This document shows, one piece after another, positions 10,450-20,782 of a stretch of 64,000 nucleotides of DNA; the first letter of the stretch is position 1; the number at the start of each line of letters is the position of its first letter. The translations under genes and the position numbers were made by a program. The DNA is taken from the NCBI GenBank assembly GCA_963736005.1, contig CAVTNB010000001.1, forward strand, positions 1,344,001 to 1,408,000, given 5' to 3'. Below the pieces are notes generated by a model. The model was not told the origin of the DNA, did not search any database, and saw only the letters and a program-made list of their open reading frames with translations. The stretch is from an uncultured Pseudomonadota bacterium. Lineage in GTDB: Bacteria; Vulcanimicrobiota; Vulcanimicrobiia; Eremiobacterales; Eremiobacteraceae.

Positions 10450-11536
10450 TTACGCTGGAGTTGCGAGCGGGTACTCGCGGCGCTGGAAATAGGTGTCGCG
10501 CACAACTGGAACGTAGCCAGCTTGCCGAATGGCCCGCTCGAGATCTGCGCGCGTTGCGTGATTGGTGCTGCCGGCTAAGCGTGACGACGCGCTCCTCAAG
10601 GATCGTGCCCCCCATGTCGTCGGCTCCGTGGAGCAGGGCCAGCTGGCCGAGTTTCAGTCCGGGCGTCAGCCATGAGGACTGGACGTGCGGAAAGTTATCG
10701 AGGTAGAGCCGGCTAATTGCGATGACCCTTAGGTAGTCAATGCCTGAAGTTTCGCGGCCCCGCAGTGGAGTCTTGTGCGGCACGTAATACCACGGGATGA
10801 AGGCCAAGAACCCATTGGTTTCGTCCTGCAGCTCGCGCAAGACTTCGAGATGGGTGATTCGTTCGGCGTCGGTCTCCACCGATCCGAACATCATGGTTGC
10901 CGTGGTGGGCATGCCAAGTCGTTGGGCAACGCGCATGACTTCGAGCCAGCGATCGTCGTTGATCTTGCGCGCCGAAATTCTCTTGCGCACGCGTTCCACC
11001 AATATTTCCGCGCCGGCTCCGGGCAACGATTTGAGGCCGGCCGCGCGCAGGGTGCAAAGCACCTCTTCAACACTCATGTTCTCGCGTTTGGCGATGCCGC
11101 AGATCTCGCTCGTCGAGAGCGAATGGATATCAACGCCGGGGAATTGCTCGCCGATCCGCTGGAACAGGTCTACGTAGTATTGGATCGCGAGATCTGGATT
11201 CACGCCGCCTTGCACCATGATTTGCGTTGCGCCTTGATCGGCAGCCCACTGCACTCGCGCGAGCACCTGGTCGTGGGTCATCGTGTAGCCTTCGGCGTGA
11301 CCCTCAGGGCGGAAAAACGCGCAAAACGAGCAGTGGACGTTGCAGATGTTCGTATAGTTGATCGTCGTATCGATGACGTAGGAAACCTCGCGCCCCGGGT
11401 GCAGAGCGGTGCGGCGGCGGTGAGCCGCAGCTCCCAGGTCGTGCAGCGAGGCTTCGCGATACACAGCGAGCCCCTCGTTATAGGCGAGCCGCTCGCCACG
11501 TGCGGCGCGCTCGAGAAGATCGTTGACGTCAAACAC
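10450..11536 (-). CDS. mqnC: Cyclic dehypoxanthine futalosine synthase (radical SAM); one frameshift near 10577
   Basis: NYTNICNVHCSFCAF, PGAGAEIL, HVQSSW. Removing one base restores the C-terminus AGSTNHATRADLERAIRQAGYVPVVRDTYF...* ending at 10450. Confidence 0.88.
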
Positions 11537-12377
11537 GCTGGGGCACCATTTCAAAGAAGCGCAGCGGCGGTGCTTCACGAAACACGCCCGCTTCCTTTGC
11601 GCTGGCAAAGAAGGTCACGAGCGCCGCGAGCGCCTGCTCGTCGAGGCGGAAGTTGAGCGCGCGGTAGTACTCAGCGTAGAAGCCTTCGCGACGTGGATGA
11701 ATCCTTTGCGCTCGCCGAATAACGTGTTCGATGTTCTCCAAGCCCCACGCCAGGGATGCCGCGAGCGCGCTGGCGACGGCGCGCGTCGCCTCCGGTGCCG
11801 AGCGGGCGTACTCGGCGCGCACCGCCCACACAGCAAACACCATGCCACTCCCAGAGAGCGAGCGCCACAGCGTGCCGAGGTCGTGCAGGCTTGCCTCCGG
11901 CAGCATCTCAGATGCGTCGACGGCTTTGTCCCCAATCAGAAGACAGGGCGAACCGTCTTTGAGGTAGGCTGCCAGCGGATCGTCGCTTTCCGCCATGACC
12001 GGATCGAATCCGTACCACGTCCGACAGATCACGCGCAGGAGTGTCCGAGCCGTGAGCGACTCCTTGGTCACGGCAATTGTCGTGCCGGCGAGCGCCGCGG
12101 GCTCGCGCGCGGAGATGCAGTAGATGCTGCGCACGGCATCGTGCGCACCGACGCAGATGTGGGGTAAGAGCAACAGCTCGTCTGCGTGCGCGGCGTAGAG
12201 CGCGGATGAGATCGGGCTGATGTCGAGCTGGCCTTCGAGCAGCGCACGGTTCAACTCCGATGGCACGTCTGCCACGAGCGAGCCGGGAAACGCAAGCGCG
12301 TCTTCGTCGATCGCTGTATAGACGGGAAGGTCGTTCGTGTACGAAATTCGACCGCAGCGTGGAAGTGCGAACACCAT
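11529..12377 (-). CDS. mqnA: Chorismate dehydratase (futalosine pathway)
   Basis: GRISYTNDLP, PSELN, SLTA, LLIGDKA, DLG.LW and VFAVW; located between mqnE and mqnC. Confidence 0.9.
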   Translation of the reverse strand: MVFALPRCGRISYTNDLPVYTAIDEDALAFPGSLVADVPSELNRALLEGQLDISPISSALYAAHADELLLLPHICVGAHDAVRSIYCISAREPAALAGTTIAVTKESLTARTLLRVICRTWYGFDPVMAESDDPLAAYLKDGSPCLLIGDKAVDASEMLPEASLHDLGTLWRSLSGSGMVFAVWAVRAEYARSAPEATRAVASALAASLAWGLENIEHVIRRAQRIHPRREGFYAEYYRALNFRLDEQALAALVTFFASAKEAGVFREAPPLRFFEMVPQRV

Positions 12378-12385
12378 AACGCTCT

Positions 12386-13519
12386 CTAAACCGGTTCGAG
12401 AACTTTGTAGAGTAAGTTGCGGCGTGTTGGCTCGAAGCCTGCCTCCGCGATGGCGCGTTTCAGTTCGACGATTGGCGTACTCTGGTCGGTCGTGCTGCCC
12501 GCATCTCGATAGATCTGCTGCTCGTTGTGCACCGTGCCGTCGATGTCGTCAGCACCGTAGTGCAGGCCAAGCTGCGCCATCTTGATGCCATACGATATCC
12601 AATACGCTTTGATGTGGTCGATGTTGTCAAGCATGAGACGCGAGACCGCGATGGTTTTGAGATCGTCGATGCCGCCGGTCCAGCCGCACGCTTCCAATTC
12701 GTTGCCATCGGGGTGAAAAGCAAGGGGAACGAAACATTTGAAGCCGTCGGTTTCCGCTTGCAAGGCGCGCAAGAGCACCAGATGCTCCACCCGCTCTTCG
12801 ATCGTTTCGATGTGACCGTAGAGCATCGTGCAATTGGTCCGGATGCCAAGCCCATGCGCGACGCGGTGCACTTCGAGCCACTCCTCAACGTTGGCTTTGT
12901 GCGGGCAGAGAATGTCTCGGACGCGCTTGACCAAAATTTCTGCGCCGCCGCCGTTGAGGGCAGTGAGACCAGCGTCGCGCAGCTGGCGTAGACCTTCTTC
13001 GTGCGTGCAGCGAGCCCGCTTGCACATGTAGTCAATTTCGGCTGCTGTGAAGAGCGCGAGTTGGACGTGGGGGATGCGCTTGTGCAACTCCTCGATAGCG
13101 GGAATCCAAAACTCAAGGCTCGTCTGCTTGGGGTCGTGGCCGCCGACGATGTGCAATTCGTCGTAGTCATTGGGCCCGGCGCAGGCCTTGTCCAAGATCG
13201 TCTCGAGCGACATGCGGTACGATCGCGGCTCTTTTTCGTGCGCGGCGAACGAACAAAATTTGCAGCCTGCATAGCACACGTTGGTGGTGTTCAGGTAGCG
13301 CTTGACAACGTAGTATGCGCGCTTGCCGTTCTTTTTGGTTCGCAGGTTGTGCGCAAGCTTGCCCAGCGCGTGAAACGGGGCCTGTGTATAAAGAAAAACA
13401 CCGTCGGCGAGGGTCAAAGGAACGCCAGCATCCACCTTTTCCGCAATCGCGTCGAACTGGCCCTGGGCGCTCATGATGTGCGCCGGTTCGTCAGGAGTTT
13501 GAAGCCGGCCTGTGCCCAT
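12386..13519 (-). CDS. mqnE: Aminodeoxyfutalosine synthase (radical SAM)
   Basis: TNVCYAGCKFCSF, GGGAEI, HIKAYW and GADDIDGT; start uncertain. Confidence 0.88.
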   Translation of the reverse strand: MGTGRLQTPDEPAHIMSAQGQFDAIAEKVDAGVPLTLADGVFLYTQAPFHALGKLAHNLRTKKNGKRAYYVVKRYLNTTNVCYAGCKFCSFAAHEKEPRSYRMSLETILDKACAGPNDYDELHIVGGHDPKQTSLEFWIPAIEELHKRIPHVQLALFTAAEIDYMCKRARCTHEEGLRQLRDAGLTALNGGGAEILVKRVRDILCPHKANVEEWLEVHRVAHGLGIRTNCTMLYGHIETIEERVEHLVLLRALQAETDGFKCFVPLAFHPDGNELEACGWTGGIDDLKTIAVSRLMLDNIDHIKAYWISYGIKMAQLGLHYGADDIDGTVHNEQQIYRDAGSTTDQSTPIVELKRAIAEAGFEPTRRNLLYKVLEPV

Positions 13520-13527
13520 CGCACTTA

Positions 13528-13635
13528 TGTAGCAGCTCACCTTGAGGTGCGCTGCACGCCTGAGCGGACCTGAAGGTCCGCTGCTACATAACCGTCGTTG
13601 CGAGTGCTACATAACCGTCGTTGCGAGTGCTACAT
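13528..13635. repeat. Inverted REP doublet (family A) plus tandem 23-bp units CTACATAACCGTCGTTGCGAGTG
   Basis: TGTAGCAGC-palindrome at 13528 faces AGCGGACCTGAAGGTCCGCTGCTACA at 13563-13588, followed by two exact 23-bp repeats. Confidence 0.85.
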
Positions 13636-15852
13636 ATCCGTCGTTCCATCAGACGGCGCGAGCATGCCGGCTAACTGATCGATATCTGCGACGCCAACGA
13701 GAATTTTGCGCGGCTTTGTCCCCTCGGTGGGTCCGACGACGCGATATTCCTCGAGAATCTTCATGAGGCGGACCGCGCGGGGGTGGCCGACCTTCAACTC
13801 GGCTTGCAGCAGCGCGACCGATGCCATCTGGCGCTCGATGATGATACGGGCAGCCTCAAAGGCAAGCTCGTCTTGTGGAGCGCGGCCATCTTCTTCCACT
13901 TCACTGAGCGTCATCTCGATGCGGTTGGCCGGATCTTCTTGGTCGCGCCAGAACTCGCACAGACGCTCGAGCTCATCGCCAGTCACCAGCGCTCCTTGCA
14001 CGCGAATAGGTTTGGGTGCGTCGATCGGGAGAAACAGCATGTCTCCGCGACCAAGCAAGCGTTCCGCCCCAGCCATATCGATGATCGTTCGCGAATCGAC
14101 CTGCGATGATACGGCAAAGGCGATACGCGAGGGAATGTTGGCTTTGATTAAGCCGGTGATCACGTCAACGGACGGTCGCTGCGTGGCGACGACCAAGTGA
14201 ATGCCGGTCGCCCGAGCGAGTTGCGCGATACGGCAAATGCTCGTCTCCACGCGGGTGGGCGCCACTAGCATAAGATCGGCGAGCTCGTCGATGACGACGA
14301 CGATATAGGGCAAAGGCTGTCCGCGATAATTCGCGTTGTATTCTTCGATCTTGCGCACGCCGGCTTTGGCAAACACTTCATAGCGAGCATCCATCTCTCG
14401 CGTGAGTTCGAAAAGAGCCCCCGCCGCAAGTTTGGGGTCCGTGATGCATTCACGGATAAGGTGCGGTATGCCATTGTACGAGGTTAACTCAACCCGTTTT
14501 GGGTCGATGAGCATCAACTGCATTTGGTCGGGGGTACAGGTGGCCAGCAACGACGTGATAATCACGTTGAGGCACACGCTCTTGCCCGCACCGGTTGCGC
14601 CCGCAACAAGCAAATGCGGCATGCGCGTGAGATCGCCAACGATCGGTCGTCCGGTAATGTCTTTACCGAGCGCAAAAAAGAGTTTGCCCTCGCCGCGAGG
14701 CAAGTAATCCAAAATCTCGCGAACGCTCACGTTCGCAACCGCGCTGTTCGGTACCTCAATGCCCACAGCTGCTTTTCCCGGTATCGGTGCCTCAATGCGA
14801 ACGCTCTGCGCCGCAAGCGTGAGTTGAATATTGTCCGCAAGCGATTTGATGGCGCTGACCTTGACGCCCTTGGCCGGTGTGATTTCATACCGCGTGACGC
14901 TGGGTCCGCGCTCGATATGCGTCACCTTGGCGATGACGCCGAACGAAGCGAGAGTTTCTTCCAAAATCAACGCAGCACTCGCCTGATCTTGGACGCGCTT
15001 TTCGGGCGGATTGAACAAGGCATAATCCGGCAATCGGTATTCCCCGGAACCAAGGGCGCGCTGTTCCGACGCAGTTGCTGCGATTCGTCTTGGCTCGCGG
15101 CGACGCTCCGGCTGTGGGCCGACAAACTTGGGCGCTTCCTGAACCGGAGATCGAAACGAAGCTTCAGGTTGTGTTTGCCCGAGCGTGGGTTCTGTCACCG
15201 CAACGTCGCTGGCAACCGCCGCTGGCACAAAGAGGCTGGGAGTTTCTGTCGTTGGTTCGAGGACCTGTTGTACCGCCGGAGCGTTCGGCGTGTGCCGGCC
15301 AAACGCTGATCTCCTCCACGGAACGATCGTCGCCACAAGACGACTCCAAGCAGTCACAGCGAAGGCGCTGATGGTGGCGCTGAGCGACTTGAGTGATATT
15401 CTGGTGGGCGCAACAGCAAATGCCAACGCCCCAAACGCAAAGACGACGCGGGCGCCGGCGGGTCCGAGAAGCCACACAAAACCGCGCCCGATGGCGTTGC
15501 CGATGAACCCACCATGCAAGCTGAGGCCAAGCCAGCCGGCGATGACAAGAAATTCCCCCACCGCGCAGAGCGCAAAAAGCGCTAGCCTTCGCATTGCATG
15601 CAGCTCGAGAAAGACAATCGCCGCTACGGCTGCGAGCAGCGCGATGGCAAGCCAGGCGGCTGCCCCAAATCCGCCGCGCAGCACATTGGCGACAATCGGG
15701 CCAAGCGAGCCCGTACGCCCGGCTGGCAATGCCAAAGCAAGAGCGAGCAGCACCGCGAGGGAGAGCAGCGCGACGCCCACGATTTCTAGGTTGAGCGTCA
15801 ACCCGGGCAGTGGATCGACTCGCCGGGAACGCGCCGCCTTCGTTTGCTTCAT
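13630..15852 (-). CDS. ftsK: DNA translocase FtsK/SpoIIIE
   Basis: N-terminal TMs, PHLLVAGATGAGKS, IDELADLM, ATQRPSVDVITG and gamma domain. Confidence 0.97.
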   Translation of the reverse strand: MKQTKAARSRRVDPLPGLTLNLEIVGVALLSLAVLLALALALPAGRTGSLGPIVANVLRGGFGAAAWLAIALLAAVAAIVFLELHAMRRLALFALCAVGEFLVIAGWLGLSLHGGFIGNAIGRGFVWLLGPAGARVVFAFGALAFAVAPTRISLKSLSATISAFAVTAWSRLVATIVPWRRSAFGRHTPNAPAVQQVLEPTTETPSLFVPAAVASDVAVTEPTLGQTQPEASFRSPVQEAPKFVGPQPERRREPRRIAATASEQRALGSGEYRLPDYALFNPPEKRVQDQASAALILEETLASFGVIAKVTHIERGPSVTRYEITPAKGVKVSAIKSLADNIQLTLAAQSVRIEAPIPGKAAVGIEVPNSAVANVSVREILDYLPRGEGKLFFALGKDITGRPIVGDLTRMPHLLVAGATGAGKSVCLNVIITSLLATCTPDQMQLMLIDPKRVELTSYNGIPHLIRECITDPKLAAGALFELTREMDARYEVFAKAGVRKIEEYNANYRGQPLPYIVVVIDELADLMLVAPTRVETSICRIAQLARATGIHLVVATQRPSVDVITGLIKANIPSRIAFAVSSQVDSRTIIDMAGAERLLGRGDMLFLPIDAPKPIRVQGALVTGDELERLCEFWRDQEDPANRIEMTLSEVEEDGRAPQDELAFEAARIIIERQMASVALLQAELKVGHPRAVRLMKILEEYRVVGPTEGTKPRKILVGVADIDQLAGMLAPSDGTTDM

Positions 15853-15880
15853 GTCTTAACGCACAAGCGTTCGATGCAAG

Positions 15881-15908
15881 TGTAGCAGCGGACCTTTAGG
15901 ACGGCTGC
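15881..15908 (+). repeat. REP-like palindrome, family A (degenerate right arm)
   Basis: TGTAGCAGCGGACCTTTAGGACGGCTGC. Confidence 0.75.
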
Positions 15909-15911
15909 GCG

Positions 15912-16814
15912 CTAGTGATTGGATTTTGGGTCGAGCGCGTCGCGCAATCCATCACCCAACAAATTGAATCCGAGAACCGTGATGGAGATGGCAAGTCCTG
16001 GAAAGAGCAGCGCCCAGGGTGCATTCAACCAATAGTCTCTCGCATCGTTGAGCATCGAGCCCCATTCGGGTGTCGGAGGTTGGATGCCCAAGCCCAGATA
16101 GGAAAGGCCAGCGGAATCGAGTTCGGCGGTGCCGATGCCAAGGGTCGCTTGCACGATGAGTGGCGCGAGGATGTTTGGCAAAATATGTTTGGCGAGCAGG
16201 CCAAGGGTGTTGTTACCAACCGCCCGTGCGGATTCAACGAACTCTTGTTCCTTCACGGCGAGCACTGACGATCGCGCAATGCGCGCGTAGATGGGTATCG
16301 CAACGATGCCGATCGCAAAGAAAAGTTTGACGACGTCGCTCACGCGCTGGTCGAGAATTGCTGAAATAGCGATTGCCAAGATGATGGTGGGGAACGCGAG
16401 CATGACGTCCATCAAACCCATAAGGGCAACGTCAAGCGAGCCGCCCCAGAATCCGGAGACGATGCCGACCACGGTGCCAATGGCAAGTGCGATACCGACC
16501 GAAACGAATCCGATCTCGAGCGACAATCGCGCGCCAAAGAGCAAACGAGTAAAGATATCGCGACCAAGTTTGTCGGTGCCAGCCAAGTGGTCCAAAGAGG
16601 GAGGCCAAACCGTCGTTCCAAGATTCGTGAGCAGCGGGTCAGTGTGTCCAGAGATGATTGGCGCAAAGATCGCCCCGACGCCAAGCGCCGCAATGATCAC
16701 CATGCCGATCACCGCTGATGGACTGCGGCGGAAACTGCGCCAGGCTCTCGCGCCGATCGAAGTGTAGGGCGTTTCCAGCCCTTGCGCTTCGAGAGAAACG
16801 GATGCTTGAGCCAC
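15912..16814 (-). CDS. Peptide ABC transporter permease (OppC/DppC family)
   Basis: GTDKLGRD, EFVESARAVG (EAA motif), PEWG and FNLLGDGLRDALDPK. Confidence 0.93.
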   Translation of the reverse strand: MAQASVSLEAQGLETPYTSIGARAWRSFRRSPSAVIGMVIIAALGVGAIFAPIISGHTDPLLTNLGTTVWPPSLDHLAGTDKLGRDIFTRLLFGARLSLEIGFVSVGIALAIGTVVGIVSGFWGGSLDVALMGLMDVMLAFPTIILAIAISAILDQRVSDVVKLFFAIGIVAIPIYARIARSSVLAVKEQEFVESARAVGNNTLGLLAKHILPNILAPLIVQATLGIGTAELDSAGLSYLGLGIQPPTPEWGSMLNDARDYWLNAPWALLFPGLAISITVLGFNLLGDGLRDALDPKSNH

Positions 16815-16822
16815 TCGAGCGG

Positions 16823-18547
16823 CTAGACTTCCATGACCACGGGAACGATCATAGGGCGCCGCTTCGTCCGATCGTAAATGAATTTCTGCAATTCTTTATG
16901 CACGTGCTCGCGGATGGTGGTCCACTCGGTGAGCCCCTGCTTGGCACCGCGCTCCATGATGCTGACCGCTTCACGACGAACTTCCTCCAAGACGCCGTCT
17001 CCGTCCGACGATCCGTGCGTGAATCCCCGTGAAGTAATATCCGGACCAGCTAACACCTTGCCGTCTTCGCTGTCGACGGTGACGGTCACCACGATCATGC
17101 CATCTCCAGAGAGATGTCGCCGATCCCGTAACACGACGTTGCCAACGTCACCCACGCCGAGACCATCGACATACACCGGCGCGCCTGAGATTCTCCCTCC
17201 AAATCGCGCACCGGAACTTGTAATTTCAAGCGCGTCGCCGTTCTCGCTCACAAAAATATTTTTCGGCGAGATGCCGATACGTTCCGCGAGTCGCGCGTGC
17301 TGCACGAGCATGCGATACTCGCCGTGGACGGGCAAGAAATATTTCGGGCGCGTCAAGTTGAGCATGAGGAGCAATTCTTCTTGGCGACCGTGACCTGAGA
17401 CATGCGCCAGTCGCTGCTGCCCGTAGATCACATTGATCCCAAGCTTGAAGAGGTTGTTGATCGTTCGGCCGACGCTGCGCTCGTTGCCGGGGATCGGCGT
17501 CGCCGAAATGATCACGGTGTCACCGCGTTTGAGCTTCACTCGCTTGTAGTCATTGGAGGCCATGCGCACGAGCGCAGACATGGGCTCGCCTTGCGACCCG
17601 GTCGTGCAGATGACGAGTTGCTCGTCACGGTAGTTTTCCAATTCGTGGTCTCGAATTTGCACGCCAGGGGCAATCTCCAGATAACCGTGCTCTAGTGCGA
17701 TCGAGCTGACGTTTTGCATGCTGCGCCCGACAAAACACACTTTGCGGCCGTAACGGCTTGCCGCATCCACCGTTTGCTGCAGACGAGGCACGTTTGAGGC
17801 AAACATCGTGATAATAATGCGCCCCGCGCACTGCGCAAAGATGTCGTTGAAAGTCTCGCCCACGACTCGCTCGGATAGCGTGTGGCCGGGCAATTCGGCA
17901 TTGGTCGAGTCCGAGGCGAGCAACAGCACGCCTTCGCGTCCATGAGCGGCTAGCGTGGCCATGTCCGTCGGCTGTCCATCGATTGGCGTTTGATCGAACT
18001 TGAAGTCCCCTGTGTGAATCACTGTTCCCAGCGGGGTACGAAGCGAAATGCAGCACGAGCCCGACACGCTATGGGTGACCGCGATGAAGCCAACTTCAAA
18101 GGAGCCGAGCATCACTCGATCGCCTGAGTCGACGACCCGGAGATCTGCGCGCTCCAACAACTTGTGCTCTTTGAGCTTGCCGCGCAGTAAGGCCAGGGTG
18201 ACGTCGGTGCCATACACCGGCACATTGAGTTGGGCCAAGAAAAACGGCACGCCGCCAATGTGATCCTCGTGCGCGTGGGTCAGCACGAGGCCTCGGACCT
18301 TGTCGCGCCGCTCGATGAGGTATGAGATATCGTTGATGACCAGGTCGACGCCCAGCATTTCCTCTTCTGGAAATTGGACGCCAGCATCGACGATCACGAT
18401 ATCGTCGGTAGTCTCATAGACGGTCGTGTTGCGTCCGATTTCACCGCAGCCGCCAAGCGGGATGACTCGGAGAAACGGTGTTTTTGGATCGACGAGCGGC
18501 TCTAAAGGTGCCCCCTGTTGGGAGGTGGGGAAAAATTCGTGCAGCAT
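16823..18547 (-). CDS. rnj: Ribonuclease J
   Basis: PLGGCGEIG, THAHEDHIG, TGDFK, TGSQGEP, HVSGH and PVHGE. Confidence 0.97.
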   Translation of the reverse strand: MLHEFFPTSQQGAPLEPLVDPKTPFLRVIPLGGCGEIGRNTTVYETTDDIVIVDAGVQFPEEEMLGVDLVINDISYLIERRDKVRGLVLTHAHEDHIGGVPFFLAQLNVPVYGTDVTLALLRGKLKEHKLLERADLRVVDSGDRVMLGSFEVGFIAVTHSVSGSCCISLRTPLGTVIHTGDFKFDQTPIDGQPTDMATLAAHGREGVLLLASDSTNAELPGHTLSERVVGETFNDIFAQCAGRIIITMFASNVPRLQQTVDAASRYGRKVCFVGRSMQNVSSIALEHGYLEIAPGVQIRDHELENYRDEQLVICTTGSQGEPMSALVRMASNDYKRVKLKRGDTVIISATPIPGNERSVGRTINNLFKLGINVIYGQQRLAHVSGHGRQEELLLMLNLTRPKYFLPVHGEYRMLVQHARLAERIGISPKNIFVSENGDALEITSSGARFGGRISGAPVYVDGLGVGDVGNVVLRDRRHLSGDGMIVVTVTVDSEDGKVLAGPDITSRGFTHGSSDGDGVLEEVRREAVSIMERGAKQGLTEWTTIREHVHKELQKFIYDRTKRRPMIVPVVMEV

Positions 18548-18598
18548 GCACGATGCATTTTGGCGGCCCCCGCATTTGGCCTGCTGCTCTGCGAGTCC

Positions 18599-18720
18599 GT
18601 GGGCGACTTGACAGTCGCCCGCTACGGGCCTATTGCGTGGCGCGATTTTCCAATCGCCCCCTACATAATGCGATTTTCCAGTCGCCCGCTACATAATGCG
18701 ATTTTCCAATCGTCCGCTAT
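18599..18720 (-). repeat. Mixed REP array: one C' unit (GGGCGACTTGACAGTCGCCC-GCTAC) plus three family C units with a 28-bp period
   Basis: GCGATTTTCCARTCGYCCSCTA repeated at 18642, 18670 and 18698. Confidence 0.85.
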
Positions 18721-18731
18721 GGGGGCCGTGG

Positions 18732-19289
18732 CTAGAGCGGCAGCGTGCTCCAGGTGAGCGCTCGAGGCGTAATGCTCTCCGGGCATAACAGTTCGATCGT
18801 CCGCGTTTCAAATGCGTGTAAGATCACGACCGTGCTCGCACCGCTCTGCGCGCCGCGGTCTGATGCAATGCTCGCCGAAAGCAAGAACGAGACCGGAACG
18901 CCCCTTCGGTTGCTGACCTTTGCGCGGATGATCGGACTTCCCACGAAATCTTTTGTGACAATGACCGGCCCGATCGTGACGCCTACTCCCAACGGGTACG
19001 CACGGGCATCGACAAACTCCGGGGTTTCCGTTCGCGCCCGAACGAGAAAGTCGTGGAGCAATGCTTCGCGGCGTTGGAGCAGCGCGTAGCGAACGCACCG
19101 AGAGAGAGCCGCACTTGAGTTGCGCCCGCCTACCTTTCGTCGCTTTCTTTTGGGGTCGGGCAAAGAAGAAGCGTTCGGAGCGGCCTGGGCGTGAGCCGCA
19201 AAACCCCGCGCGCCGGAAATACCGTCGCAGACTTTTTCCGGGGGCGAAAACGCAAGGGCGGCGAGAAGCGGAAGCATCACTAATGGCAT
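18732..19289 (-). CDS. Hypothetical secreted protein
   Basis: Signal-like MPLVMLPLLAALAFS and a beta-rich C-terminus; start uncertain. Confidence 0.5.
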   Translation of the reverse strand: MPLVMLPLLAALAFSPPEKVCDGISGARGFAAHAQAAPNASSLPDPKRKRRKVGGRNSSAALSRCVRYALLQRREALLHDFLVRARTETPEFVDARAYPLGVGVTIGPVIVTKDFVGSPIIRAKVSNRRGVPVSFLLSASIASDRGAQSGASTVVILHAFETRTIELLCPESITPRALTWSTLPL

Positions 19290-19331
19290 CGAGGCTTTTA
19301 TCCCGCCTAGCCTTGCCGAGGCAAGGGCGGC

Positions 19332-19383
19332 TTGACAAGCGGCTAACATGCGGACTATAATTGTCTCAAAACACTAAGACAAT
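19332..19383 (+). promoter_or_regulatory. Consensus sigma70 promoter with overlapping putative GntR/YtrA operator
   Basis: TTGACA (19332)-N18-TATAAT (19356); inverted repeat ATTGTCT-N10-AGACAAT at 19360-19383. Confidence 0.8.
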
Positions 19384-19407
19384 AGGACAGAGCCAACGAC
19401 CTCATTA

Positions 19408-19767
19408 TTTCATCTCAACGAATCAAGCGGCATACCAGTCTACCTGCAGTTAAGGGAGCAAATCTTGCACGCCATCTCATGCGGCCAACTGCATCCGGGC
19501 GACCAGCTGCCGACCGTCCGCGAAGTGGCTGTTGACCTGTCCATTAATCCCAATACCGTGAATCGGGCGTACGCCGAGCTCGAGCGCGACGGCACCCTGA
19601 CCAGTCGTCGAGGCAAGGGCACCTTTATCGCAGAGCCCGCAGCTAGCAGCACGCCTAAGCACGACCGGCTCGTGGACATCGGGCGGCGCGCGGTAGCCGA
19701 GTGCCGGATGTTTGGGTTCACGGCGGACGATTTGCTTAGTGCAATAAAACGCTTAAGGGAGGTTTGA
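19408..19767 (+). CDS. GntR family regulator (YtrA subfamily); start unresolved
   Basis: SGIPVYLQLREQI...GDQLPTVRE.A.DL.INPNTV.RAY.ELE...RGKGTF; homology extends upstream of the ORF-track start. Confidence 0.9.
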   Translation, partial: FHLNESSGIPVYLQLREQILHAISCGQLHPGDQLPTVREVAVDLSINPNTVNRAYAELERDGTLTSRRGKGTFIAEPAASSTPKHDRLVDIGRRAVAECRMFGFTADDLLSAIKRLREV

Positions 19768-19774
19768 CAAACCC

Positions 19775-20782
19775 ATGCCGACCATCGCAGTCGCTAATTC
19801 CACGGGTGGACCCTCTGCTGCCGTCATCGCCGGCGGTCAGTCCGTTCACCTCGGCAATGCCATCTCATGGTTGCTCGCGATCCTGTGGTTCATCGCCGGC
19901 GTCTGGCTCTTGGCGTCAACCGGATCGATTGTCTATGTTATCGTTGGGATCATCTTGGCATTGCTCTCGCTTGCATCGGTTCAAGTCGCAAAAGCGTGGG
20001 AGAAGGCCATCGTGCTGCGGCTAGGTCGATTCCAGCGCCTCGCAGGCCCAGGCATCTTCTTCATTATTCCGGCTTTCGATAGCATTGCATCGTGGATCGA
20101 TCAACGCGTGCAGACGAGCACGTTCGTCGCCGAGCAGACTCTGACCAAAGATACAGTTCCAGTGGACGTCGACGCCGTGCTCTTTTGGGTTGTCTGGGAC
20201 GCCAAGAAAGCCGCCTTGGAAGTGGCATCGTATCGCGACGCAATCGGTTGGGCCTCCCAAACGGCGCTGCGCGACATTATCGGCACCACGTTTCTCGCCG
20301 ACTTGCTCTCCAATCGCCAGGCAATCGACGCTAATCTCCAGCAAGCGATTGATGGCCGCACTACCCCATGGGGCATAACGGTACAGTCGGTTGAGATCCG
20401 TGACATCAAAATTCCTGAGAATTTGCAAGACGCGATGTCGCGCCAGGCGCAAGCGGAGCGCGAGCGCCAGGCTCGCGTCATTCTTGGCGATGCCGAGCGG
20501 CAAATCGCGGAATCCTTCCTCGAGGCCGCGAAGTCGTACGCCGGAAATCCGGTCGCGCTTCACCTGCGCGCCATGAACATGCTCTACGAAGGGCTCAAAG
20601 AAAGAGGAGCGATGATCGTCGTGCCGAGTACGGCAGTTGAAACGATGGGGCTGGGCGCGATCGCCGGATTAGCTTCGCTGGGGACGGCACAAGGCATCGC
20701 TTCGCCTTTGTCCGGCGCGAGCGCGCCGGGCGGGCCAGACGCCGGCACAACTAACACCTCATCCACAACTGGAGGGTCGTAA
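19775..20782 (+). CDS. SPFH/band-7 (stomatin-like) membrane protein
   Basis: Two TMs, WEKAIVLRLG, LTKDTVPVDVDAV and AMSRQAQAERE. Confidence 0.93.
   Translation: MPTIAVANSTGGPSAAVIAGGQSVHLGNAISWLLAILWFIAGVWLLASTGSIVYVIVGIILALLSLASVQVAKAWEKAIVLRLGRFQRLAGPGIFFIIPAFDSIASWIDQRVQTSTFVAEQTLTKDTVPVDVDAVLFWVVWDAKKAALEVASYRDAIGWASQTALRDIIGTTFLADLLSNRQAIDANLQQAIDGRTTPWGITVQSVEIRDIKIPENLQDAMSRQAQAERERQARVILGDAERQIAESFLEAAKSYAGNPVALHLRAMNMLYEGLKERGAMIVVPSTAVETMGLGAIAGLASLGTAQGIASPLSGASAPGGPDAGTTNTSSTTGGS

Noticed and set aside
10388..10580. Apparent novel C-terminal extension of MqnC overlapping a convergent gene
   Set aside because: Artefact of a one-base frameshift; the alternative frame gives the normal C-terminus and removes the overlap
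10450..13519. Two radical SAM enzymes as a possible RiPP cluster
   Set aside because: Motifs and the intervening mqnA identify the futalosine menaquinone pathway; no precursor peptide is present
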